From positions 8,308,001 through 8,372,000 of the forward strand of contig CM114271.1 of the NCBI GenBank assembly GCA_050084515.1: a stretch of 64,000 bases of DNA, read 5' to 3'. Positions 22,297 to 36,300 of the stretch are shown piece after piece. Both the position numbers and the translations under genes were made by a program. The notes beneath the pieces were generated by a model. It worked only from the letters and a program-made list of their open reading frames with translations, made no database searches and had not been told where the DNA came from. Within the stretch, counting starts at the first letter, position 1; every line of letters begins with the position of its first letter. Source of the stretch: Blasia pusilla. Lineage: Eukaryota.

Positions 22297-25200
22297 CTAA
22301 CTACTCACATCTCACATTGCGGGTATCACATAAATCCACTTTTGATGATTTTTTGTGGAGGGCAAGAAAGAGTTTTGGGTAGAGGAGAGTGGACACATGT
22401 CCATGAGTGGAAAGGTCCACCAATCCATGGCCTTCATGTGGCGACACATGACATGGGCTAGCCATTGATTTAGGCGCCATGAATTTGGGGCTATTGTATG
22501 ATGATGTAGGGTTTGCAAGACATGTGAAGGAATGCAAAGCGGATGCTAACCAAATGTAGGAAGCAAACCAATTCCACTAATAATTCTTTATCAAATATTT
22601 TTTTTTTCTCATAGTCCAACCCCTTTGCAACTATCCTTCCTTACCTCCATCCTCCTCCTTTTCCAAAAACCTATCTTTTATTAGAACCATCCTAATTTAA
22701 TAGTCTCCCCCTCTTGCCTATTCAAACTCACTACATGCTAACCTCAATCCCAGACCCTACGACTCTTCCTCCATATGAATCCCTCCATGCCATGTCACCC
22801 ATCTCCCTACCCCTACCCTCCTCCCTTGCCCTGAACCCACCCCCACCTCCCACCATGACCCTGACCTCCTCCTCCGCCCTAAGCCCGCACTCTACTGCAC
22901 ATCTCGCTGCACATGCTTCCCACCCTTCCGGGCCACCCGCTCCTTGGCCCACTCCCACCCTCCTCCCCTCACATGCACTATCCCGCTCCTACCCACCCCT
23001 CTTTACGCTTCCTCTCTTGCCATCTCCCACCCTACATCCCTCGCTACAACCCTACTTCTTGCGCTGTCCTACACTTGCAACTACCCCCATGCCCATCCTC
23101 TACTCCCCACCCCTCTGCCAAAAACTTGGATACGATAAAAACTCAAGCACCGGGGTGAGATGGCATGTCTATGGACTTGTCCGTTTCCCTACATTGTTGG
23201 AGGTGCACGATCAGGGTGGGTGTATGCCTACAATAGTGGTGTGTATTGGTGGTGTATGAATATGGTATATGGCATGTTTAATGCCACCAAGATTGCAAAG
23301 AAACAAACTTGTTTTTCCATGGGATGAACATGCCCAAGAGCTCCCCTGCCCAAGTTTTTTTTATACCCAAATTGCACGCGTGGACTAGGTATGCGGAAAC
23401 AGTTCCGGGCTTGGATTAACGAAGGCAGGAAATGATCAAACAAGTGTGCCAAGTACAAGCCCTGGCCTAGCCGACATAGAGGTCGCATGGCCAACGTGGG
23501 CTATATGCGGGCTCAATGCAAGCCTCTACGAACAAGGCACAGACTATGAATCAAGTGACAAGAACGGATAAGTAGTTGCTAGATTGGGTGCAAGCTAGCC
23601 GAGTCCAATTCTGCACTACGAGAGGGGTGGGGTAGGTCCCCATTACGAGAATATGGGCTTCAGGAACTCGAGCCTGCATGGACATGTCTGTTTTAGGGAC
23701 TGACATGGACATATCCGTCTTAAGGACAAACATGGACATGTCCACGGACTCGAACTTTGTCCATGTGCAACCTTGAATGCCATCCTCACTTGAGGGAAAA
23801 ATATTCTTTTTATGACTAGAAAATAAAGGACCAAGATTATGATTATATATTTTAGTTTAGTCATTTTTCTATTACTAGAGGAATCTATTCTAGTCATATA
23901 AGTATGACACAAATAGTAACAAACATGTCTTAGTCATAACTTACGACTTGTTTGGTTGACATAATTATACTTGACTAACTCAGACTAGCAATTTAAACAT
24001 TCAAAAGCAAATTTTCCTCTCTTATATGCTTGATTCTTTTAATATTACGAAGTCAACGCACATATATTGTAAATGAAATATGATTAAAAATCATGATAAT
24101 CCAGAATTTATTTTTTGTCCATGGCATGTGTGGCCATATGATGAATATCGATATTTTAGTTTAGATCCAAAACATGTATGTAAATGAATTTTTAATTAAA
24201 AAAAATCCAATGGGAGTTAAATTAATTAGGATTGAATCTTCCAATTCAAATAGAATGATATAAGTTAATCAAATATAGTAAATTTCCTTGATCATTTTCT
24301 TTGTAAATTATAAGGTTATGCAACTATGCAAACTTATACTTTTTGGAATAACATTATAAAAAAAAATGTGCATCAATTTACAAATATTTATTATAACACA
24401 ATCTAAGACCATACTCTAGTCTTTAAATTTTATGCTAACCTCACTGTTCATGGTTAAAGGATGCATGGATAAATTTTGCACCATTCTATTTTTTACGTGA
24501 AATTAAAAACTAAACTTCAAATTTGGACTCTCGTTTTATTTTAATTTCATATTTAAAAAAATCTTGATCATAGAAGAGTTTGGTACTAAAATTTTTCCAA
24601 TTCTCCAAAACGTATGATCAAAATTTTTTTCTATCAAAAAATATTTTAGATTATTTCAATGGTTGAGATATTATCATAACTTCTCCAATGAAAAAAGTTC
24701 ATACATTCTTATTTTTCATTAAATGTGGAGGTCTATTTTTTCAAGGAAAATTCATAGATTTTATCCATGTGAATCCTTATCTCTTTTGAAATCTTATTTT
24801 CAAAAATTTAAAATTTAGGAATAACAAAGATTCATTAATATACTTGTAATTGAAATCATTTTTCTGATTTGATAAAAGATTTCTTAAAAAAAATTTAATT
24901 GCAACGATCTATTTTTGTAACCATTATATGATTTTCCAAATTTATGAGATCCAATAAAATATCATATTGGATTACATGAATGATTTAGGTGCTATCATAT
25001 ATTCTCTAATATTATTTAAGGGAATGATTTCAAATCTTTCAATTATTAACTACTTTAGATATGGAATTTTAGATCTTGAAATATTTATAAATAAAAATAT
25101 TTCAATGTAGGAACTGCTTATACGAAAAAACAGTGCAAATGTGAGTTTTACAAAGTAGAAATGGGGTTAAAAGGAAAATGATATTTACATATGTATCTAC

Positions 25201-26392
25201 ATTTTTTGTTGTTGTATATGTAATAATGTATTGATTAGTGGTAGGAGACATAACTATGGGCTTGATAGTGAAGGTTTGAATCTTGCCCAAGACATGGACA
25301 AATGAGGTCGGTGGATGGAGTGTTGTCAGACGCAGTTCATGGTTGGATGAATGGACAAAGTTGGTGGATGGACGGATGGGTCGATGGATGGAGTTGATGG
25401 ATGGATAGACACATGGAATGTCGATGGAGAAAGAGTTGATAAACTGATGGAGGATAGGACGTATGAACAAATGGAGTTGATGGAGTTATTGAAGGTGAGA
25501 GAGATCCGGATAGAGGGTACAACATATGGACGGAGATAATTGATGTAAGGATAAACATAATATTTTGTCATTTATTCTTATTTCTATGTCATTGAATCAT
25601 TTGCCATATCATCTATATGATGTAACAAGCATGAATATATGACTCAAATTTTTGTGCCATGACAATAAAGCATGCTAATCATCGCAATTATTTGAAAGAT
25701 ATGCAAGGTGTCACAAAAACGGACTTGTCCAAAAAATTATAGACATCAAGTTTGCATGTGGAAAAAGTCATTGTCCATGTCCTTGGACTTACGTCCATCT
25801 TATGGAAGGACTTGCCCCCACCATCCCCTTCTTTCTCATTCCCCCCACTTGCCTTTGTGTTCCATACTCTCCCGTTTTTTCTTCCCTCTACCTCCACTCC
25901 CTCCTCCCTTATTTCCCCACTCGCCCTTGCCCTACTTTCCATCATTAAGTTTGGGTCTCACCTCTTGCAGTCCATGTCCGTGGAGAGGAGCAATATGAGG
26001 AGAGGAAGAGAGGAGAGAGGAAACTACCTTCAACCCAAAGAGATATTTTTTTCTTGAAGAGAGTTTCCTGTGATTTGAAGAGAGTTTCCGTTGGGTTGAA
26101 GGAAGGAAATTTTTTTGTAATTTTTTTTGCACTTTTGTTCTCAATGCTTAGGCACTCCCACAGATTTTTTTCCTCTTGCACATTTTAGCAACCCATCTGA
26201 ATCCGACGGGTTGCAATTTGCATAAAATTTCAAAAAATATAAAAATCATTGGAATCATAAATGTGGAACAAATCACTTTTTCCATCCAAGGTCTGGAAAA
26301 ACTCTATCATTTGCCCTGGGATGAATAGAGTTCAAGCTTAAAGTGAAGGTTCTAGCAAATGAAAGTACAATCTAAGACATCATTTTGCATCC

Positions 26393-29300
26393 TCAAAGTA
26401 GTTTGTTTAAAATACTTCGCACTTCTTTGAGGGACATAATTGGTTGGTGGAATCCTACTCCTACCTCCGACTCTCTGAAAACTACAAGCAACACGTAGTA
26501 CATGTGCTTACAAGGGAAATACCTTTTCCCACTTGTCTCTCTTTGGACAAAGTCTTCATAGGAACATGTGGGAAAGCAACAGATGTGCACCACATACACC
26601 CCTGTGACACTTGAATTTACAATGTTGTTCTTGATCCAAAACATCCTTCCTATTCCATTACCACTCTCGACATCTTTTGTGGCGATGATTTCCATGTTTG
26701 CCTCCGGAACTGATGCGATTCGCTTTGCTCTCTCCACCGTTGGCCTACACATTCTATTTCTCTTCACCCCATTTCTAGACTCAAACAGAAATAGTGGATT
26801 GAGATCATCCACCTTCTCTCGGTACATGTTGACATCAATCTTGGGTTGAATACGAAATGCGAAGGTCTTTGTAATGCAAACATGATCCGAACTTCCTCCG
26901 TGAACGAGTATGAAACCGACACTTGTAAGATTGTCCACTTCATCCTAAGTGCAATTCATACTTGCGGCAATGGGCCAAATCGTGGGGGTATTTCCTGTAG
27001 CTCCAATGGCAGCCGGATAAGACTTACGGAAAGCGCAATATTTATTTGGGCAGAAGAAGTACTCCAATTGATCCCCGGTCCTTGTGAAATGATCAAAGGT
27101 CTTGAGTCCCCAAAATCTAGGCAGTGGTTGTCCAGTCCTTGTACAGTTCTTATTTAGGAAAGTGCCGCATGCTCTCCTAATGCCATCATATCATGCCCTG
27201 CAAGTGGCTCCACATACAGGTTTGCTCCGAGATATATGCCACCTTTTGAGGTTGCAATCCACCTCAATGACCGGAATCCCATGCTATTGAACTACCCTAG
27301 AGACCGGATGTTGCGAACTTCCAACAACGGAGGGCTTATGAAATAAAACATTCACTGATTTTGGAGAAGTTACTGCATCTCATATTTGGGAGCAATCCGG
27401 GGTCTCCCAATACCTGGGCGGCATAATTTCTTTATCCAAATCAATCACCCGGTTCGTTCCTCAATGTTGAAGTCAAGATATTTATCTGGTCTCCACGAAT
27501 CTCGCTTGGACTGCTCTACCACCATCTATATGGGACGTCTTGAAACACGCCCATGAATATCCCCACCAATGTGGACATCTTGCTCGAGGGGAGTTCTTGC
27601 TACGCACCGATTGAAGGCTTCCACATAGAGTTTCTAATCAACAAATCTTACAGCCGCCTTGACATAGACCTCGTAAATTGAAGGCCCCTTTCCTTTTGTT
27701 ATGCCTTTTGTGAGGAAGATATGGGATGCTGCAGACTGTAGCGTTGCTCTTGCATGGTCTTGTTGGTATGCCTCAACGAGTGGAATTCTTTGGCATGCTG
27801 GTGACGACCTCTAGGAGGAATGAACACTTTCTGCTCCACTTGTCTTGGGGCAGAGGCCATTTTCATGAATGTTCTATCCCTGCAACGACGACAATGTGAG
27901 AAGGGAACAAAAATAGCTCTATGAGCAAAGAAAAAAGCAACCTGTCGAAACCAGACGGATCGCAAGTCGAAGGCATCCCATGAATGACTCTGTGACCCAT
28001 CGGTTTTCGACTTGTTGCAACACCCAGGAACCACCTAGTGCAACCCGTCGGATTCAGATGGGTTGCAAGTAACTTTGGTCACTCCGCGTTGGAAGATCCA
28101 AGTGCAAGTCATCAGAATCCGACGGGTTGCACATGGATTTTCCAGCCTCGGACTTGAAACGGGTTGCAAGTCGGAGACATCCCTGGAATGTCCCAGTAAC
28201 CTTTTACTTCAACCTAGCACCCAAGAACCTGCTACTGCAACCCGTTGGAATCGGACGGATTGTGAGAAGCAGGCCGGTCCGGTCTCGAAAATCCTTGTGC
28301 AACGTGTCGGATTCCGTTGGCTTGCAAGAAGTGTCCACACACAAAGCTTTCAAACTATTGGAATTTGACGGGTTCCAATTAACTTGCGTTGATGCAACAT
28401 ATCTGGATGCGAGGACTTGTAGACATCAACAACCTGTTTGAATGCGAGGAGTCGCATACAGACGCAACTAGTCAGAATCTGACATGTTGCAGACGCACGC
28501 AACTTGTCGGAATCCGACGGGTTGTAGACCGAGTTAACTTGTAGCCTTGCGGCTTGCGACCCATCTGGGTCAAACTATTTGCAGGCCTTGTATACATGCA
28601 ACTTGCAACCCGTCGGGATTCGACAGGTTGCACACTCATGCAACCAGTCAGGTTTTGACGGGTTGCACAAACATTCCTCGTGCATGATGTCGCACTCTGA
28701 CGGGTGTGACACTTAAGCAACCAATTGAGTTCCAATGGGTAACACAAACATTCTTGATGCAATGTGTCGATTTCCGACGGGTTGCACACCTAGACAACCC
28801 GTCGCATCCGACGGGTTGCTTGGTTTCTGCGGTTTGAAATCCCTATAGTGCCCACGCTTCTCAACTTAAGCTGCAACTTTTCAAAAACATCTCAGCATGA
28901 GCTCAACAGGACGAAATACTGAACTCACCTACTGCATGAAGTTTCCCCATTGTCTCATTTGTACAGTCCACCAATTGAGCCAAGAGCACAACTCTTTGTA
29001 CTTCCCCTCAATCGCATGCTTCCTCCACCACCCATGAAGTTCTTCTTGGCACTCCATGGTCAGTTTCAAGGTTTTGCTGTCCTTGCAACGTTCAAGTAGA
29101 GTGACATGCTATGTCCTCTTATTCTTCTTGATGCAAGATTTGGTGTATCGGGTCACAGATTGTTGCCAATGGAAAGCATGCGACCTTTCCCTCTCTGGTT
29201 GACCCTCTCCACCCGAGAACACTCCCCTGATAGCAATCCACCCAGGTTGTGCATTGTCTGCCATAAATCCATAAATTTCCGGAGATGGCCTTTTGTTTTT

Positions 29301-30790
29301 GTTCGCCACCTCCAATAAGAGTAACCAACACATCTTCAAACTGCCAACGTCTTTTTCTTTTACCTCACAGATAAATATAGTTTCTAGTCCCTTCTCCACA
29401 TGGTCCTAAACGTGAGCACCCATAGTCAACCATCCATTCAACACTCTGTAGAAAATATCAAAGCTTACCCAATTGCCATAGAGATCTTCCCCTTCCCTCA
29501 TTCAATCTATAAGATCGAGGCCACTCGACGGCCCTGTAGCTGGTATTTTGAAGACATAAGCCTTGGATCCTTCACCTCCTTGGCCCATGAACTTCCATCT
29601 TTGAATAAATGGAAATCTGGAGTTGGCCTTGATTCTGGAAATGGCATCCATTTCGGCCGTCTTTCCATCAATTACCGTATTTTACGCAACAAATTCCGGA
29701 AGCATTCAGAATTGGCGAGAAATGCGGGATTTTCCGAGAGTTCTTTCTCCTTAACAGTTGTGATCTCGCCTTGCCCAGAGATTCCAAGCAATTGTTCAAA
29801 AATTTGTGATGTTGTTGTTAACTTGATCACTCCGAGCTTTGATCCCACAGAGTTTCTATATACCTCGGCCACTTTCTTTGCCACGTCCTCGTTGATGTGT
29901 CTCTGAATTGCACCGATAACACGATGAGTGTGGGAGCCAACATGAATTTCCAGCCTGGTGTACTCGAACGTAGAGTTGAAGTCGTGCACAATGAAAAATA
30001 TATATGGAGGACACGCTCCAACGCAGAAAGGGGATGCCTGACAATGAGGACATCGATGGCCTCCTAGCGGTATGGTCGCACCGACCTCATATGGATTTTC
30101 TGCATTCTTTGGGAGGAATTGCGACATATTGACTTGCCCATTGCGCTCTAGATACGAGCAGCTTGGACTTCTACACTCCATGGCTCCAACGCATTGGCGG
30201 CTAGAAACAATCCAAGGACCATATGGAATTGAAGCACTAGTCCGTTGAAGCCTGCACCATCGATGACAATCAGACTTTCTGTCCATACCCTTCAATCGTC
30301 CTCCATCTTTCTTTTGAGCAAGACCAATAAGTGGAGGTAACTCAAGAATGCAATTACCATCATACGTGGACGATATCTTGTCCAAAAGAATATGCTTGAA
30401 TATTTTAAAGGGCAGAGACGCCAACAAAATATTTCCTGATACTCACAAGAGGAACGAATAGGCAGACACAGGGCCTGGTTGGTGTCCGTCAGATCCACTA
30501 AGGTTGACAACATCTGGAATGTCTTCAAGAAAGACAATATTTTTATGAACACGTGAAGTTGGAGTCGATGCCGGATCTACTGAGCTGGGAGTGGCAAACA
30601 TAGAGCTCGATGCACTAGGAAATTCGAGATTGTCTACTTGGGAAACAGAGGAATTCAGAGGTAAGCCATAAACTCTATATTGACCATTTTTTAGGGGTAG
30701 GAGATTCCATACTTTACAGTCTGCTATCACTGGCTGGATTGTCTCACCTACAACGTCCTCCATATCGTCCACCCTAACATCCTTGGAAAC
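26393..30790 (-). pseudogene. MULE transposase: GCM/WRKY-like Zn domain + DDE core + C-terminal SWIM finger; intron ~27880-28928
   Basis: RQCVGAMEC...C..C...HVGSHTH (29672-30427). WVSFDIFYRVLNGWLTMGAHV (first D, ~29410-29475). FMADNAQPGWIAIRGVF...HAFHWQQS (second D and C/HxxH, 29109-29399). TSGAESVH (E, ~27820-27845). CCFPTCS..FPCKHMYYV SWIM finger (26393-26938). Multiple stops and frameshifts. Confidence 0.85.
27935..28820. repeat. Palindrome array inside the transposase intron (~12 units)
   Basis: gcaacccgtcggattcagatgggttgc (28040), gcaacttgtcggaatccgacgggttgt (28499), gcaacccgtcgggattcgacaggttgc (28606) and others. Confidence 0.85.
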
Positions 30791-31810
30791 CTCTCGAACA
30801 TACTTGGTGATGTTCCTGCCATCAAATCTCCCCAACTTCTTCACAATCGCTTGGAGATCCCTTGTTGATCTTTGCTCTCCGATGTGAACTCCTCCTTGTT
30901 GGCTCAACAATGTTGTCAAAGTTCGGAGAAGATCCTCAGCTCCCTCAGTTCCCATTGATGAAGTATTCCCAAAAGTAGTCATCTTGATACGACTCCAACT
31001 TGCAAACACAAACTACCGCCTCAAAGAGCTCTCAGTGGAAGCACCATTTGTCGTGTCGAGAATCTTTCTTCGAGCAAGGGCGGGCCTTCTAGCTGAGGTA
31101 GATGCGGTCGATGCAAGGTGAACTCTCTAATAAGTTCTCCTTTTTTAATACAAAATTATGATGTACACTCTCCATTCTCTCACGACAGGTATCACAATTG
31201 GAAGTGCCGAGGCGATCACTTCTTCGTAACATCGGACCCCGAAATTCCTAACTATAAAATCCCTATAAACTATTTTACGTTTGTACACGAGGAAGATAGC
31301 ACAACTAGTGTTAAACCCTACTTGACCAGGCCTATTGACATCCATGGATCGCTATATAAGGACATACAAAGTACAATCCCATGTCCTTCCATATGTGACG
31401 ATAGGAAGAATCACCGGAGTTGGAGATTGCATGACCTGGTTCATGAACGCCTCCCCAAAGTGATAAACTAAATAGCGAATGAACCAGTGCCTATCTACAA
31501 AGAGTACCTTGACATGGTAAGGATTGAGGAAAGGAAAATCGGGCACAGCTCATGCTCCACCCCTATCCATGCTTGATAGACATTCTCTACTCTCCTCAAG
31601 AATGGGTTTTGGCGGAGTTATTCTCCCAAGAGGGGAATCCACTCTCATTGGGAAAGTAACAAGCCAAAACATCCGCTATTTTAGTATGACTAAACTCCTC
31701 TACGGTGACAAACCTCTCATCTCCACACACACACACACCACACTCTAGAAACCTCTCGAAGAATAGACCATGATCAAGTTACTCTCCCAAGAGGGGTGAT
31801 CCACTCTCAT
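30791..31810 (-). mobile_element. Gypsy 5' LTR + PBS + gag N-terminus (inverted relative to the rest of gag)
   Basis: LTR end ...cacgaCA at 31049 (minus) followed by aatggtgcttccactgagagc (PBS-like). Gag KKLGRFDGRNITKYVRE. Confidence 0.65.
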
Positions 31811-32661
31811 TGGGAGAAAATCCAACCTCATGGGAGGAGTACGAACAGTTGCTGAAAGGAGAATTCTTCGATGATGATGTGGATCGGGTGACTAAGAGGA
31901 GTTTTCTAGAATGGATAGAGCAACGTCGAGGGAAGGGAATGACTCCAAATGAATTGTTGCGTGAGTTTGAGAAGCGGTTTTTTCAGCTTTCTCCTTCTGA
32001 AAGGGCAACTCTAGACTTGAGGAAAACCGAGTTATTCCTTGAGGCGGCAGATGAGAATTTGGAGGACAAGCTTTTCATAATGTTGGCGGACAAGACCGAA
32101 GAAGGAGGTGTCAACACTAATTGGAAGAAAGTGGAAGAAGCTGTTGCTATCCTTACAAAGCAAAATCGAAGTAGAGGTAGAACCACATTATTCAAATCGG
32201 AGGTATTAATTTCAAATCCATTGCCTAAGCCCGTTTCAACAAAACTTGAAGATTCTGCTATAGATGAGTTGGTGAAAAGTTTGAGAGAATTGAGAGTAGA
32301 AATGGCAGAGCTTAAACTTGACAGGAATCCTAGTGTTGGTGCTCCTTCGATAAGTAGGAACTTTGTGAGAAGATGTATATGGTGTGATAGTGTTGAGCAT
32401 CAACGTCGAGAATGTGAGGAGTTTTCAGAAGCTCTTAGGAATGGAATAGTAAACTTCAAAGATGGGAAAATTCATTCAACACAGAATGGTATGCCGTTGA
32501 ATACCAACTTTGGTAGAGGAGGAATGAAAGGCTTAGTGAGAAGTCAAGTAAAAGTTGCCACTACGACATTAGATTCTGATACCTTTGCAGTACAATCCGG
32601 ACGAGTTCAAGATTCACCCGACCTTTCATGTGTCATTGTTGAAGAAATATCTTCAAGATAA
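31810..32661 (+). pseudogene. Gypsy gag (capsid + CCHC knuckle)
   Basis: SWEEYEQLLKGEFF...LLREFEKRF...CIWCDSVEHQRREC. Confidence 0.75.
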
Positions 32662-32899
32662 TGGACGTTTCGAGCGGAGACAGGTGGTGAGACCGCACCC
32701 GAACATCGTAAATGAAGAGCCAGAGTTTGAGGTGGAGACCATCTTACTTTCGAGGCGTCGGGCCAACAAGTATGAATACTTGGTAAAATGGAAGGGCTAC
32801 CATGTGAAGGAGGCGACTTGGATTGCAGAGGCGGATTTGGAACACGCGCAAGAGTTGTTGCGTGACTTCAAGCGAACACAAACGAAGCACATACGTTAG
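32585..32899 (+). pseudogene. Chromovirus integrase C-terminus with chromodomain
   Basis: IHPTFHVSLLKKY (GPY/F region) followed by FEVETILLSRRRANKYEYLVKWKGYHVKEATW. Confidence 0.9.
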
Positions 32900-32925
32900 T
32901 ACGAGGAGAAGCTAGAGACATGACT

Positions 32926-34593
32926 TGTAACCAGTGGAATCTTGGGCCGAAGGCCGTTGTAACTAGAATATGCTAGTGTTGCAATAAAGGAGTGTATGGA
33001 TTTGGATATTCGATACCCTTGTTGATTGCAAATTGTATGTGGTAGTGCATGGCTATGAATCGTTCATCATAGGCTTAGGATGTACGACAAGAGGCTTGAC
33101 AAGGAGTATTTGAGGTGAGAGCTCGTATGTGGATAAGCACCTAGAACAGGACCTTGTGTTGGATTACACTCGGGCTCGCCCTAGCGTCGGCGGGGCAGAT
33201 GAAGTCTGTCTTGGGGCTTGGGATGATCTTACTTGTGGCCACATAAGTAAACTTAGTGACGTGCCAAAGTCGAATACGAGAGCGACCCAATAGTAGTACG
33301 ATTGGTGGACCAGGTAAACAGGTGTGATGTTTACAGTAATGAGTCAAAAGAGTCTAAGGTTGCACACTTAGTTAGCTTATTTGATAGGTTAGTTCCTTGG
33401 AACTAGTCCAGGCTTATCAAAGAGGAGAGGCTAATAATTCTAAGTGAGGCAAAGCGACAACTAGAGACTAAGAGGAATTGCGGGTTAGCCACCAGAACGC
33501 AATTCAATGTCAAGGGGTAGGCTGCCCAGGAGACTTGACATAATAAAGGTTTGCGTTGATGAGGGCATCAACCTCTAGAAGAGGGGTGAGTGTCGCGACC
33601 CTCATGACCAAACAAGTGCCAAGCGGAACATCGGAACATTAGCGGGCTCACGCTAAGATGGTTTGCGCGTTGGAGTTGTCTCAAAGAGGAGACAAGAGAC
33701 GAGACGCGAGTGAGAAGTCGCGTTTCAGGTGTTATGGTCGCGACTGAGAAACCTGGACCAAACGCGGAATGAGACTTGAAAGAAGTCGAGTCTAGGAAGT
33801 GGGTTGCCAAAGGAAAGATCCGGATTTGGAACGCCACTAGCGTTTGAGAGTTTCCGACTGTATTTATGGCCATAACTTTTAGTGCTGAGATGCGTTTGGA
33901 GCAAATAATGGTGCGTTGGAAAGCTTATGAAGAGCCGGTCCAAACGCACTAAAGATCGCTGCAAACGCATAAGCAGCGGCCGAGATAAAACCCGAAAACG
34001 ACTGTAAGTGGAGTCGGGTTGAGGGCCACAATGAAGGGCCCGACCCTCTTTTCCCAAAGGGGAGGGGTTATTGGAGAACCCCAGAAGTACTAGTAAGGGG
34101 GAAGGTCTCTGAGAGTGCTTGGAACCCAAACCCCACTTTGGGCGCCATGGGGCGGTTCGAGGGCATGGAACGGAACGCGAGTTTGGGGGTTGGGTTGGAA
34201 AACCTGCACCAAGTCCAGGGAGGCAATTTTAGACACCCCTCTTGGATTCCACCCCGCGACTCAATTACTTGGGTCTCGGTTCGGAACTCACCCGAGGACC
34301 GTTGAATAGTTGGGATCGCTAGGCGCGCAAGTGCCGTTTCAGATCCCTGGACTAACTAGGAAGTCTGTTCCAAGTCTTGAAGGACTTGCCATGTTTTGGA
34401 AGCTAGGAAGTAAGGAAGGTTGAGCTTGATGAGACGCCGAGTTGAGGACTCGGTGGGTTGGAACGCCGGTTGGCCCAGACCCGACTTACGAGAGTGCGTG
34501 TTTGGGTGCAGATCGGCGATGAGTTCGTGACCTACTGAACGCACGCTTCCGGAATACTAAAGATTGACGTTCAAGGAGAGTAGGGGCGCGACA
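32926..34593 (+). mobile_element. Chromovirus 3' LTR
   Basis: Follows the chromodomain, is homologous to 8591-10151 and ends ...gcgcgaCA. The exact 5' start is uncertain (~32926-32977). Confidence 0.75.
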
Positions 34594-34599
34594 AGCTGC

Positions 34600-36300
34600 A
34601 TCATCATCATGGCAACAATCCTCTATTCCAACCGATCGATGTGCGAGACAAGCGTCGTCTCTGGTGCTCTCGCTGCAAGTGGTGGTCCTCCACCACCACG
34701 TCCAACAACAACTCCTCGACCTCCTCCAAGACGACCACTCCCAGGCCCTCAGCCTACCTCTCGTGGTGCCTCTCGACGAAGGTCAAAACATCTATCCCTA
34801 GTGTGACCATATCTATGGCAATAGTCACACTAGAACTGTGGTGGGGCCATCCTCTTTGGTTCCTGAGCAATCGGAGGTGCTCGTGTGACCATATCTATGG
34901 CAATAGTCACACTAGAACTGTGGTGGAGCCAGCCTCTTTGGCTCCTGAGCAATCGGAGGTGCTGGTGGTCCTCTCCCATGATGTGGATAGTCTCTCTACT
35001 TATGGGCCCTTCCACATGGTACTGGTGCTTGCTATGGCACATGTGGGGTCACCGTCGCTCATGGACCCGTGGACTCTTGAGAAAATCCAGTGGTCAATAC
35101 CTACTCCTCATTCATGTTGAGCTCAATACGCTCAGACAACTCGAAGACCACCTTCAATGTGGGCTTCGCATCACATCTCGGACTCTCCTCTGTAGTTCTT
35201 GGTCTAGAATCCCATACCAATACTGGATCAACTACGCCTTAGTCACTCCATAAGTAGTAATGGTCAGCCTCATCATGCGCGTGAATGCCTCTCTTACACT
35301 CTCACACTCTTCAACTTGTCGGTGCGTACGCCCAGATAGCTCTTCCCCAACTATCGGAAGAACTCCATTTTGGGAATGAAAATGGGTGGCCCTCTACCAC
35401 CAGAGGTCTCTGCCACATTGCTTGTCTCATTGCCCTCCTCTCTATCTAGTCTCTGGGCTTATGATATAGGTCTCTCTCCTCTCACAATCCCATCATATGC
35501 CTCACGACCACTAGTGGACACATACCTTGGAGCCCAATACATCCTCTAGGCATCGATCTCTACTGAATATAGTGATCAAAACTCCATGTAGTCATCCATC
35601 GCAGGACCCTCCAAGTGCTGGAACAACCCCTACCATGTCATGAAAGGGTTGAACTGTGTCGGGGTCCGTATCTCCTGGAAATCGCACCATGTGTCAAACT
35701 CCTGGATGAAGTCATCTAAGTCGATGGTGCCCTCTGCACCCGAGAAACGAAGCATGCCACGGTGGCCCATGTCATCTATCTCCTGCCAAGTGACACTTTC
35801 TCCATCTGTGATCTCGTCACCAGACCCGATGTCTAATGATGACGATCCAGCCACGGATGGAAGGCGAGGTAGCTCCTCACTGATAACCCCTTGATATCTC
35901 ACTCCACTCCGTATCACACCACTACTACTACTCGCACTACCCCATTCTTCCAAAACCGGGAAGAACGCCGTGATGAGAACCCCGTCTCATCCGCTAAAGC
36001 ACTCGAACTCACCAAGAGTCTCCCATACTCCTCACTAGCTCACCTACGCTAATGGTAATCACATGACGACACACCCAGTCTCACGCACACTCAACACTTG
36101 GGCTCACCATGAGCCTCCCAATTGACTCACCTAAACTTCCGACACTCTCAGGGGTCATACACGTGACCCCTACTCGGAAACTTCCGTATATCCATAGACA
36201 TGCTGCACATGCATGGAGACTACACTCATCACCATCAACACACCCATCTAAATCCTGAAACTACCCAATACCCAACACTCTCAATCACATAAGATAAGCG
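34600..36300 (-). mobile_element. Degenerate gypsy gag region
   Basis: LRFSGAEGTIDLDDFIQEFDTWC (35630-35953). Contains an ~81-bp tandem duplication at 34801-34962. Related to 47760-50700. Confidence 0.6.

Larger units (their letters stand above)
25982..30790 (-). mobile_element. Mutator-like transposon copy 2, transposase arm
   Basis: GA-rich terminus, subterminal palindrome at 26189, disrupted transposase gene and palindrome-filled intron. Broken at 30790 by retroelement sequence. Confidence 0.8.

Noticed and set aside
22714-23259. Proline-rich (extensin-like) protein
   Set aside because: Low-complexity C-rich DNA is open in several frames, with no splice or homology support.
23670-25810. 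AT-rich decayed DNA transposon bounded by CATGGACA-type repeats
   Set aside because: No TIR, TSD or transposase motif could be confirmed by eye.
30443-31009. Single 188-aa gene
   Set aside because: It is a chimera of a gypsy gag N-terminus and the MULE transposase across the junction at ~30790.
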